Shown here: piece after piece, positions 14,001 to 28,230 of the stretch | How the letters are laid out: the number at the start of each line of letters is the position of its first letter | Numbering within the stretch: the first letter of the stretch is position 1 | NCBI GenBank assembly: GCA_040954595.2 | Contig: CM082591.2 | Location: 2,565,258-2,629,257 of the forward strand | Length of the DNA stretch: 64,000 nucleotides | Direction: 5' to 3' | From: Balanoglossus misakiensis | Lineage: Eukaryota; Animalia; Hemichordata | Translations under genes and position numbers: made by a program | Notes under the pieces: generated by a model | The model's input: only the letters and a program-made list of their open reading frames with translations | Database searches by the model: none | Told to the model about the DNA's origin: nothing

Positions 14001-16318
14001 TCCATTTTATTATTCAACCGGTTCCCTTTATGTTCGTTTCTGGATCCAACAGGTGTGAGGAACGCGGGCCCGGCGTCTTTGTGAAGGAAAAAAACTTAGA
14101 AGCGCGGCGTTGAAAACCAAAGTACACAGTTATGCAGTAATTAACCACTATGGTCAATTTTAGTCGATAATTTCACGCCGCGATGCAACGATTTTTGACG
14201 ATTAATTATGTTCGATGACTACAATATTTGCGTTGGTAATTCGGTTGATTGTGTATTATTCATGTAATTTTCACATTAGTTTACGTACAGTAGATGGAGT
14301 TTTCTTGGTTATGAAACGTTGCAAGCACAAGACACGATAGGAAATGTCCACTGCTCGCTGTTCAAAAACGACTGCCAAAGTTTTCTTGTAATACGTCTGC
14401 GGGGACGATAAAATACGCTGTTGGTAGTTTTGAAAACAAAATGGTAAATTTTTGTTTTGAAGAATACTTTTTCAAATGATGTTAAGAATCGAATCATTTT
14501 TAACCATCACACAAAAATATATTAGTCATCGCAGTCTGGTGGAACCGTCGCGCTGTGACCGCAAGGTGTGTTTTGTTTATAGTAGAAGCGGCAGATTGCG
14601 ATGCGTATCCCCTGATTCCTGCACAATAATAATATTTATCTTAAAATGCGCTAAAACTAATCTTTAAAAGCACATACTCACAACTCACCAAAATACTATG
14701 ACGTGCGATTTGTGGCAAACATTTCACTCGGGAGTTCTGACCGGAATCGACTTGGGAACGAATGTTGTGTTTCCAAACGCCAAACCACCATGAAAACAGA
14801 CCCCAATAAAAACATTTCGCCTCTCAACGTGTTTCAAACACCCTTTTCGATTCCCATTTGACCGAGGACGCGTAAAACATTCAAAATAACAATACATATA
14901 ACACCAATATCTAAAAATCTGCAAAAACATTTCCGTGAGCGCCAGGGTTAAATGTTGTGGTAAAACTGAGAGCCGCAAGTTTATACGATAATTACGATAC
15001 AGATGACGCATGAAGAACACCGCCATTTTAAGATTAGGGATATGAGAAAATTCGTGTCCTTAAAAATGCGATTGTTTTATAACGAATTTCATCAAAACCT
15101 TGCAACACGACCTGAGTGACAAGGTGAAAAATGTGGACCGGTTTACACTTGGCGTCATCCCGAACGAAATTTGGTGCAACTGTCGTGCGCTACACTTTCA
15201 TGGCAGGACGATTCAATATGGCGGCTGTTTCAATTCGACAGGGAAAATACTTGTAAACGCTTATTACAACTGGTCCAATTTGCGCTCTTTATTAATCCCT
15301 GTCACCAAAAAAATGTCAAAATACAGCGACTTTGTTCCATTTGTTCGATGAGATCTATGAAGACGTCAAACAAACGCAGAAAACAATGAAGGATAGAACA
15401 AGGCGGTTAGTGACAACCTGTTGCAGCGTAAGCCCGCCATTCTAAAATAATATAATCTACACAGTATGTGATCAAATCCTACGGGAACAACGCGTTTGTT
15501 GTTATTGATTTTATTAAATTTCGAAGTGATTGACACAAAACACGGCGCTTGTGTAAGCAAAGATTTGCTTCGTGATGGTCATTTCTGTGTTCGACTCGTT
15601 TTGTGTTCATCACAAGCATTGAAACGAGTGAGTGAGTGAGTGAGTGAGTCAGTGAGGCGATGTCATTCTGGGCATCGTTGCCAACAGATAATTTTACTCC
15701 AGGCGGGGTCCACGTGACCCACAAAAAAACTCGAAAATAACCAAGGTGATGCGAATTCTTTAAGCTGCAACAGACTGCTCTCCGTGCCAAGCCAGTCCCT
15801 GCACAACAAAATCCTGAACACCATAGAACCACCACATGTGGCGTACAATCCGCTTAGTGGAGTATTGTACGAAATTAATTTCTAGTTACCCGCAAGACCC
15901 CCTCTGTTGTTCTAGACGAAATTCAGTTAGTTGGCTACAAATACGGAGATTAAAGAAATTTAAGCTTTATTTAGTAACCGATATGGTACGCTTCATATAT
16001 ATCGGTGTTATAAATATGTAACCGGTAGATTTCAGCTCTCACAATTGGGACAAGGACTAAACGTGTGCCTAGTTGACCACTTGGTGGCGCTATTACTATA
16101 CTCCCATCGAGTATAACCCCCACAAAATTAAAAGTGACGAATGTGGTTGTTTTATTACCCTCACTGGAAAATGACATTCAAGAAACCTTGTCATTTCAAT
16201 TACATGTATATATCTGTTCTCAACAAATATGAACCACAGAAGTATAATATTCCTATGAACAGAACCACATGTGTTTGTGTTTGTACTCCTAATCGAACAA
16301 CGTCCTTCTCGTACATTT

Positions 16319-16619
16319 TCCATCGAACACTGCTGCATTCTGTGTGCGACATTCTATTCCAGAGCAGGCCTATTGAAGTACTTTGGCCATTCACTCGCTC
16401 AAACGGTTTAAAAGTCCAGGTTTTTCTTGGATGAGGTGCCGCCACATCCCAAGTCCGACAATTTTGTGTTTTTAGACACCTCTCCCTGGGTTCGGCTGAC
16501 GGTCTCGGACAAATCGGGAGGAAGATGCAGTTTCTATGGAAACAAAACAGACAGGTCTTCGTATCAGGTGTACTGCAGGAACATAATGTCACACGCTGAA
16601 TGTCTCAGTGTTCGATGGA
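16319..16619. repeat. 42 bp imperfect inverted repeat pair flanking the last ELP4 coding segment
   Basis: 16319-16360 versus the reverse complement of 16578-16619: 34 of 42 identical. Confidence 0.85.
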
Positions 16620-19397
16620 GTTTTAAGCGTTGGTACAAGCATTGCAAACATGCACAGGTGCGCGACAAGCAATAATGATGTTTGCGAGGAATGTAGATTT
16701 ACTGTTGCACGGCAACTGGTGAAGATAGGATGCTGCGCTTAAGCACTGTTAAATAAAATGCTGCATGCTGACTGGAATATGTTTGCGAAGAATGATGATT
16801 TAGCACTGTTGAAAAAAATGCATGCTGACGGGAATATAATGTACACAAAATGTGGAAGACTGACCTCAATGCTGAACTTCTTCCGTCTCAACTTAAAAGC
16901 CAAATCCAAAGAGTCTGGCATGTGGCAAGTCAGAGAGTTCAGCCGTGGTAGTTTGCATATTGTAAACAAACCTGGAGTTAAGAATAAACGTCCATCAGAA
17001 ACCATCATCATAAAAAGGAGGGTGCGACAACCGTTTATTTAATAATGGATAGAACACCAAATCATCTTGACCCCTTTAATGCATGTATTGTATGAGTGTG
17101 AACTCTATGATATCACTTACCATGATATTCCTTGTAGACAGGGTTTTTCTCCTTGTCCGAGCCAGCAAATGATTCCAGCCTCACCACTGTGTCGCAGAGA
17201 TTTTCCAGTCTACGAACAAATGCTGCATCCTGAGAATGAGGATGGCAAAAGTAAATAAAATGGACCATGCATGTACATTATCAGAGTATACATATTCAAA
17301 GTGATAGAAAACCCAAACTTCAGCAAAAAAATTGAATTCTCACCTGGAAGAGGTGTGAGGGCAGCGTCACAAGACACACAGACAACGATGACCTCAGTAT
17401 TGACCTCAAAGCATGCAGAAACCTTGGCAACGAGTGATCTGTGCTGGAGGTCCCTGGTACAACCCCACCCTCCTCACCCCAGAGGGGGGACCCAATTGAG
17501 GAAATAGCTATCCTGAGAACATTTTTGTCTTTACCCTGAAATATTAAAGATTAATAAAGAAATTATGTGTGCAAACTTCTGTTTTTGGCATACCAATGTT
17601 CAATCCACACATTTCAAGTTGATATTTTCTGAACACAAAACAATCACACAAGACTGACCTCTGGATTACTGTATCCTCCCTGGTGAATCTGTCTCTGTAA
17701 TGAATGGATCAAGTCTTCATATGCCGAATTCATCGCTTGTCTTTGAAAAATAATCATATAGAATACTGATATAGTAATACAACAAGAGTGAAGGTGAGGT
17801 TATCAAATTATTACAATTCCCATGTTCATTGGTAAGTTGGGTCGAACCACTCTGAAGAAGGGCAGATAAGGGTACATCAAGTAGTGAGGAATTTAGTGTG
17901 GTACCTTTTGTTTTCTTGTAAATGTTTCTTGTCTACATAATGGCATGTACAGTTCACACTTTTGACAAGTTCTTCATCCATTGTCTTACTGAGATCATAA
18001 TAATGGCCAAATCGGACTCCTTGACCGCTCTGTCAAAAATCAAAAATAAGAATGTCAATGGTGAACACTTCAGTTCCCAGGAGAAGTGCTTTACTTTCTT
18101 TAAGTTTAAGTTTAACTTTCTTTAACAACACTGTTTCATACAGGATGATTGATTAATGAAGGCACGCACCTGGTGTTTGGGTAAATGTTCGTATCGCCAG
18201 GCTATCTTCATTTTCTCTGTCCCAGCACCCGACTCCTCTCTCTCTTCGTAGGCAGATTTCACCAGATCATCATCGAGGGGATGTGGCAGGTCCTAGCCAC
18301 AAATGAAAACAAAAGCTGTGTACGTTTTCTCTCTTCTAATGGTTCACTTGGCTTTTAAAACCGTCCCATAATTTTGAATGAGAATGGAAATAGTGGAGGC
18401 AGAAATTTACCTTTATAATTTTCTCTGGCATTTGGTCGGCTGATGCTAAAAATATTTCGTGCTTGGAAATGACGCCTTCTGCCAGAAAGTATTTCACCAT
18501 TAGGTCAGCATAGCTTCTGTATCGGTCTTCCTCTGCGGGTAGAACAATTACCTCTCATTAACATGCATTAAAGTTATGTAGCACTCTGTGATCAACAGTT
18601 GAAATTACAGCATGAGCTTTCGGAACATGTAGTCCCCTTCATCACATGCACACGTGGAATGAACAGAGAAACAGAGAATCATGGGGTATTCAAAGTAGGA
18701 AATATGTGCAGGACCAGGTGCATCAGAAAACAAAAGAAGGGTTGGGTGTGAAAATTGAACAATAGAAATGCAAATTTCCATTGTTCAATTTTCATTAAAA
18801 GGTATGACTAGCTAATTGGTATGAATTAATGAGACTTACCAACCAACAAGACAGTGCCAACAGCAAGACCTCCGCCTAAGAAAAAAAAAACACGACCTGT
18901 TTAGTGTTCAAATAAATACTGTACTTAAATTGCTTGTTATTTTGCAAAGTCGGGTGTAGTTTGCAAACTGACCCGAACATTACAGTACCGTACTCAAATA
19001 GTGGGCGTGGTCAATGGTCGGTTAAGGTGGGCGTGGTCGCTTGAAGCGTGTAATTCGAGCAGAGCCCGCGAGAACAATGACGTGTCATTAATTGTGTCAG
19101 CCAAATATTGCTTTTCGAATGTGATACGGTGGATACATTTTGTGTCTGCTGGTTGTAATTCTAAGGTTGGGTGTCGATGCGAACGACACACAGCACAGCA
19201 CCGGCCAATGTTCTCAACGCATGAAAAAAAACATTACCCGTGATAAAATCGAATGAAGGGATGCCACTTGAAACCAATAACTGCCCATTATGAAGAGACG
19301 GTCTGGTACCAGCTATTTGCACTAACGGCGTTCTTTTTTTCTTCTGAAAACTTGTAGTGCGTGCTCCCACGACGCTACTGCTGGGCGCAGCCATCAT
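16408..19397 (-). CDS. ELP4: Elongator complex protein 4, about 393 aa, 10 coding exons
   Basis: Minus-strand exons 19397-19238, 18875-18840, 18532-18411, 18292-18170, 18029-17905, 17740-17659, 17535-17344, 17229-17121, 16971-16865, 16533-16408 total 1182 nt in frame. Motifs [87 protein letters not shown] and terminal LDF* match vertebrate ELP4. Confidence 0.97.
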
Positions 19398-19991
19398 GGA
19401 GTTGCAATGATCTCTGGGTATGTGCAATGATCTCTGGGTAGTTTCGTGAGCTATCAAACGCAGCGATTTATTGCAAAAATGTGCTATAGGCCTGTGCAAC
19501 CATATCTACTCCCGTAGTCTAGTCACCAAATCTACTTACGCACATGTTACAATCATTTTCAGATTTTACAGAGCGTTTTAGAAGCACAGGGAGATTCTTG
19601 CCAGAAAATCATTGGTGAGCTGAATCAGCAAACAAACGACGGGGAAGCCCTATGACGTAATACAGTCGACTGTGTCACCACTGTCGTTGGTGCAGGCGTC
19701 AACGTTTGTGTTCAGCGGCATCTCCAAGGCCGTGGCTTCATGTCTTCCACGTTTCTAACTGAAAATTTAGACACGGAGTAAAGGGTAAGTACCACAGGCC
19801 AGGCATATTATGCATGATGCAATGAACGATGCAGTAGCTGCTGGTCGTGTGACTGTGTAGCCCTGTTGACTTCCGTCTGGGACCTGACCCTACAGTTCGG
19901 TCGAGTTCAAAGCTTGTTAGAACCCCCACCCAGCATGATGTAAACAAAATAAAGCAGTGGCGAATGGTCGATTTCTCTTCTTTTTCGACAG
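19398..19991. promoter_or_regulatory. Probable bidirectional promoter and 5' UTR region shared by ELP4 and IMMP1L
   Basis: The divergent start codons are about 600 bp apart. The IMMP1L ATG directly follows a splice acceptor, and a candidate non-coding exon donor (attg|gtgagc) lies at ~19614. An 18-mer is duplicated at 19403-19440. Confidence 0.7.
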
Positions 19992-21006
19992 ATGTCTGCA
20001 TTGAAAAGGTTTGCATGGAAAACGCTGGGGTTAACTGGGTATATTATACAGTACGGCTGCATTGCGCACTGTACCCTGGAACACATAGCAGACTACGTTT
20101 TGGTGAGTTCATGATTTTGTAGAATTTTTGTTTAAATCCGGTAGATGCAGTGAAATCACTTTCTGCTTTCTGTAAACTTAAACACTAATGCTTATTTCAT
20201 GTGTTCACCAACCAGTGTTATGGCCCATCCATGGAACCGACCATATACAGCAATGACATTATCCTAACAGAACACCTATCCACCAAATTTCATAAGATTA
20301 TCAAGTAAGTACTATTGAGCTATTAGCAATAACCAGTAAAATTTGTCTTTTCATCAAAGTGAAAACAGATAAAATTAAATTAAAGCTTCTCTCACTCTTC
20401 CATTGCAGAGGAGATGTTGTTATAGTGAGATCGCCAACCAATCCTAGAGAGTTCATCTGTAAAAGAGTCATTGCAAAGGAAGGCGAACATATCTGTACAA
20501 ATCCAGATTCACTCTTAAAGAGTTATGACTATGTAAGTACATGTGTAGAAGACCCTAACATTACCCTTTCACAACAGTGGTTCAGTCCAAACCCATTGCT
20601 TTCTATGGTAAGGTAGGACCTGTAAGAGGAAACTGGGGGTGTAAGGGTTACACTAGACTCTCAAGGTTCAAGTAAATTGCTAGTGGTGTTTGTTTCTTGT
20701 CTGTTGCAGGTACCAAGAGGTCACGTTTGGCTTGAAGGCGACAACAAAGTGAATTCTACAGATTCTAGAGTGTATGGCCCTGTGCCGTATGCGTTGATCA
20801 GGGGCAGAGTTTTCTTCAAGGTAATCTGTCACGTCTTGAAGATTTATTAAAGTCACTACTATAACTTCCATTGACTAAACCACCAACCTCCTTACAGTGA
20901 AAATCTTTGTTAATGTAACTCTCCTGCTAAATTTCAGATCTGGCCGTTCAACAGAGCTGGGTACATCAGGAAGTCACCAGAAGACCTCAAAAAACGCACA
21001 AGTTGA
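19992..21006 (+). CDS. IMMP1L: Mitochondrial inner membrane protease subunit 1 (peptidase S26), 167 aa
   Basis: Exons 19992-20102, 20216-20304, 20409-20532, 20710-20820, 20938-21006 (504 nt). Motifs [11 protein letters not shown], catalytic GPSMEPT and [42 protein letters not shown] at ~21308. Confidence 0.97.
20561..20650 (-). mobile_element. About 90 bp MITE, piggyBac-like (TTAA / CCCTT termini), copy in an IMMP1L intron
   Basis: ttaccctttca...tgtaagggtta termini; the reverse complement matches the copies at 22394 and 47596 (core aggtcc.accttaccatagaaa.ca.tgg.tttggac). Confidence 0.65.
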
Positions 21007-21753
21007 TGATAGGATATTGGTCAGTCTGCTGACATCAAATGTGACCCTTCCAGATGTACTTTTCAGACTGCTTGCACCCAAGGAAGCAGTCGGTGAAGCA
21101 GAAACACTTTCTGGACAAAAAATGATGTGATTTTTCCTCACTTCAACATCAACACCCTTGCTTTGTAGTTCTCTACATTGTTTGAGTCTGTGATGGAAGA
21201 AACTATCTGTGGACAAATAGGGGTGACAAGTTTGTCCTGGTGGGTCAATTTCCAGGATATATTTATCAACCATCTCAACACCAACAGAGCAGGAATGAGA
21301 TTTTTACAATAAAAGTTGAAATATTTTTTGTGTAAGAAAAGGAATTCTTTTTTAAATAAATGACTACTTGGCAGTCTGATTTGTCAAAAACTCCTTGTCT
21401 TTTCATTTTTTTCACATTTTTTGTATTTCCACTGCCTTCTTAGATGAAAGGAGTGAGTAAGCCTATCCTCATATTACTGAAAGGACATTAGGAGCTCAAG
21501 CATAATTTTCCCATGGTGATTCAAGAGTTACAAGTATTCGTTTGCAGCGTAGTCTAAACTCAAGGGCACACTGATTTTGATAAAACTGCTCTCTACGCTG
21601 TTTTGATTGCCTACTTATGGGGTCTTGTATCCGATAATTTCTGTCAACCTAAGGGGTCACTTAGTGTCAGTACCGGAAGTAATGCAACGTGTATGTGTGT
21701 ACATTTGTATACACTGTGCTTTGCACGTACACATAGCCATATATCGTTGGTGA

Positions 21754-24438
<2,685 letters not shown>

Positions 24439-24956
24439 AAGAAAACAAGACATATGAAATGAATACATGGCTGCCTTAGATTTTATCTGGAATGGAAATA
24501 ATCGATAGAATGATGTTCTTCTGTGACCATGGCCTATGTCAATTTAGACAAACAGTTGACTGATGTAAACAATTAGTTTATTTATTTATGGGAAATAAAT
24601 TTGTTTAATCACATTTGGAATTAGATTGGTATATATGTATATAAGCAAAATAGTTCATGATGCACTAGAACGTGTATACACCACATATGTAAATATACAT
24701 ATAATTTAAAGAAGTTTCATCTCCCTGTACATTAAAATTATTAAAATCATACGTGTGACCTCTGAAGCATGTTTTAAAGTATGTTTAGAAATCATGTTGA
24801 CTGTGTGTCGTGTGTCTTGTGCGAGCAAACACTGTCTTGTGACCACGTACTTCGACCCATATTCTTCAATGTTTATGCAAGATCCATATCATGACAGCTT
24901 CGACCCCTAAATACTAGTAGTTAATCAGGCATTACGCAGTTTGGGTGAACTACAAA

Positions 24957-25877
24957 ATGGCGACAGAGTGGCCAGTTTTCTTGCAGGATGGTTGTTACTT
25001 CGTTGATCATGTTCACGACATCACAGCCATCAAAAACCGCCATATTGACCAATTCTGGGATGTCAGAGACGATGACGTCATCGTGTCCACTTTCCCGAAG
25101 TCAGGAACTCTCTGGACGTTGACCGCCATTTCTCGTATGTATAGTGACCTAAATATGTTGCTGCCTGGTACAGAGAGATATGTTCGACTCGGTTTCATCT
25201 ACGAGCGCACAGACGAGTTCGTGCCCGGACTGTACGGTGATCATGTCAGAAATGTGAAGAAAAACGTCAAAAAGATGAATTCTCCACGCCTGCTAGCTTG
25301 CCACTTGCACCCTCAACACTTCCACACATCATGGAGAGAGGGGAACAGAAAATGTAAGATCATTAATGTCACAAGAAACCCGAAAGACGTCTGTGTATCC
25401 ATGTTCTTCTTCATGAAGTCCATCAAGTTCAGCCAAATGGAACTAACCTGGGACGAGTGGGTTCGTGCATTTGTCGAGGGCAAAGTTTGGTACGGGCCAT
25501 GGTTGGATCACGTAACGTCCTGGCAACAATTTGGCCGAGAAGATAACGTCCTACACTTGAGATACGAAGACATGAAGAAAGATCTGAAGTCCAACCTGCT
25601 GAAAGTTGCAGAGTTTCTTGGTCGACCTGTCACCGAAGAACACATTAATCACGTGGTTCAACTGTGCAGCGTTGAAGCCATGAGGGAGAAGAAAGACGAC
25701 TCTCGTATTACAGCTGTTCTTGATGAGACCAGTTTTTCGGCCGGTGCCCAATACATCCGTAAAGGTCAAGTTGGAAACTGGAAGCAACACTTCACAGTGG
25801 CACAGAGCGAATGGTTTGACCAACACATCACTGCGGAGGTCCAGAAGAGGGGTCTGGATATTGCAGAAGATTTTTGA
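24957..25877 (+). CDS. Cytosolic PAPS-dependent sulfotransferase (Sulfotransfer_1, SULT1-like), copy A, intronless CDS, 306 aa
   Basis: 5'-PSB loop TFPKSGT, catalytic-His region RLLACH, 3'-PB RNPKDVCVS, GPWLDHV, YEDMK, RKGQVGNWK, and KxxxTVxxxE dimerisation motif KQHFTVAQSE. ATG chosen by alignment with the paralogues (MATEWPVFLQDG). Confidence 0.95.
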   Translation: MATEWPVFLQDGCYFVDHVHDITAIKNRHIDQFWDVRDDDVIVSTFPKSGTLWTLTAISRMYSDLNMLLPGTERYVRLGFIYERTDEFVPGLYGDHVRNVKKNVKKMNSPRLLACHLHPQHFHTSWREGNRKCKIINVTRNPKDVCVSMFFFMKSIKFSQMELTWDEWVRAFVEGKVWYGPWLDHVTSWQQFGREDNVLHLRYEDMKKDLKSNLLKVAEFLGRPVTEEHINHVVQLCSVEAMREKKDDSRITAVLDETSFSAGAQYIRKGQVGNWKQHFTVAQSEWFDQHITAEVQKRGLDIAEDF

Positions 25878-26015
25878 CTGCGTAGTATTTGTTGAAAACA
25901 GACATTGAACCCCAGTCTTAATTAGAGTCCAACATTTTCCACTCACATATGAGTGTACAGATAATTAATCGGTCTGTCAGCAATCTTGAAAAGAAGAAAA
26001 CATGGTTGTAATTTG

Positions 26016-26016
<1 letters not shown>

Positions 26017-26053
<37 letters not shown>

Positions 26054-26074
26054 CATACATACATACATACATAC
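26017..26074. repeat. Compound (CATA)n-(CA)n microsatellite
   Basis: catacatacatacat-acacacacac...-catacatac seen directly. Confidence 0.9.
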
Positions 26075-26867
26075 AAAGACACAGACAGCTTTCCCTAGTT
26101 AATTTGCATATTTAATGAACCATCTATTACTTGGAGTTGGCCACAGACTTCACAGTCATAATGAAGTGACCACTGTCACTATATGTATTCCCAATTGGAC
26201 TTCCTGTGAAGTACGCTATACTATGAAGTTTAATATCGCCGTATCACCTCTTGTGAGCCGCATCACACGAATCGAAGACGAGTGGGATCCCGGAGTGTGA
26301 TGCAGCTCACAGCCACGTGAAATAATCGCATCTACATTGAATCATCGCATATTTCCGTAGCCATCAAACCTATAACTCTTGATGTTGACAATAAAAGCAT
26401 AGGCGAAGAACTCGGATTACATTTGTTTACATACGAGACCCACTGTTGTAAATGTAGTTCCGGGAATCAGCGCAAGAAATGATAACGTTTACCATGGCTT
26501 GTCAGAGCTGACGTCACAACTGTAATGATATTTTCCATGTCGTATAATAAAATACATGTTTTGAAATCATGTTGATTGTGTGTTGTTGTTTTTGTAAAAA
26601 CTGCTTATTTATTACGTGGGGAGGCCATTTTCCCGTGATCTCGTCAGCGCGACCCCATGACCTCTGGCCTTGGCAAGAATCTTACATCTGATTGGTTGAC
26701 AGTATGTGCAGAAGTTAGTTCAGCCATATTGATTTGATTATTTGATTATATTTGATTATTCATTTAAACTACTTTAAATGGGGTTAACAATAACGCAGTT
26801 CTATCCTCTCCAGAACAGGAAACACTCGAGTTCACTGTCTCTGACACTATTGGTTCAATCTTCGTTT

Positions 26868-27785
26868 TCAAGAAACGTGAATGTCCAAACCCTTACTCGG
26901 TATCTCCGCAGATAAGCGTTGGTCAAACCATTCGCTCTGCGCCACTGTGAAGTGTTGCTTCCAGTTTCCAACTTGACCTTTACGGATGTATTTATAACCT
27001 TCCTTAAAATTTGCCCCATCAGAAACGGCCATAATGCGAGTGCCATCTCCACTCTGCCGCATGGTATCAACGCTGCAAAGTTGAACCACGTGATCGACGT
27101 GTTCTTCAGTGACGGGTCGACCCAGGAACTCTGCAACCTTTAGCAGGGTGGACTTTAGATCTCTCTTCATGTCTTCGTATTTCAAGTGTAAGACGTTATC
27201 TTCTCGGCCAAATTGTTGCCACGACGATAGATGCTCCAACCAAGGCCCGAACATAACTTTGCCCTCAACAAATGCACGGACCCACTCGTCCCACGTGTGC
27301 TCCATTTTGATGAACTTGATGGACTTCAAGAAGTAGAACATGGAAACACAGACGTCTTTCGGGTTTCTTGTGACATAGATTACCTTACAATTTCTGTTTC
27401 CCTCTCTCCATGATGTGTGGAAGTGTTGAGGGGGCAAGTGGCAAGCTAGTAGGCGTGGAGAATTCATCTTTTTGAGGTTTTCCTTCACATTCCTGACATG
27501 ATCACCGTAAATACCGGGTGCGAATTTATCTGTACCCTCGTAGATGTAACCGAGTCGAACAGCCCTGTCTGTACCGGGCAGCAACATATTTAGGTCACCA
27601 TACATTCGAGACAATGCGTTCAACGTCCAGAGAGTTCCTGATTTGGGGAAAGTGCACACGATGACGTCATCGTCTCTGATATCCCAGACTTGGTCAATAT
27701 GGCGGTCTTTGATTGCTGTGATGTCGTGAAAATGATCAAGAAAGTAACAGCCGTCTTGCATGAAAACTTGCCACCCAGTCGCCAT
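26868..27785 (-). CDS. Cytosolic sulfotransferase, copy B, intronless CDS, 305 aa
   Basis: Same motifs (TFPKSGT, RLLACH, RNPKDVCVS, RKGQVGNWKQHFTVAQSE); intact ORF; close paralogue of copies A and C. Confidence 0.95.
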   Translation of the reverse strand: MATGWQVFMQDGCYFLDHFHDITAIKDRHIDQVWDIRDDDVIVCTFPKSGTLWTLNALSRMYGDLNMLLPGTDRAVRLGYIYEGTDKFAPGIYGDHVRNVKENLKKMNSPRLLACHLPPQHFHTSWREGNRNCKVIYVTRNPKDVCVSMFYFLKSIKFIKMEHTWDEWVRAFVEGKVMFGPWLEHLSSWQQFGREDNVLHLKYEDMKRDLKSTLLKVAEFLGRPVTEEHVDHVVQLCSVDTMRQSGDGTRIMAVSDGANFKEGYKYIRKGQVGNWKQHFTVAQSEWFDQRLSAEIPSKGLDIHVS

Positions 27786-28230
27786 TGTGTAGATTGTGAA
27801 TCACGTGTGGCGTGTTGTCCAAAGCTTTGAGGAATGACTTATTGAGGTCACGGCTCGTCATGCAACGAAGCATGTACAAACTGACAATGGAACTGAGTTA
27901 GACTACTTATCCACGTCACGTGTTGGTCTCCCCATAACAACGTCAATATATGATTGCAGAACACGCATAAAGAGGCATGCGTTCAGTCTATAATATTCAT
28001 ACTATCGACATCGTGAAGATCATGTATTACTAATCGCGGGTTTCTCCTAACCCATACCTGGTCAAAATTACAGTCTTTGATTGCTGTGGTGTTGTGTATA
28101 TGACTTACAAAGGAAAAAACGTCCTACTTTATTGATGTATTATAAAGAACTTTATGAGAAGCCCAGTTGGGCATACATAGTTGAGACTGGAATCTTCAAG
28201 ACTGTGAAGTTTGTGGTCACTTCTGAGCAG

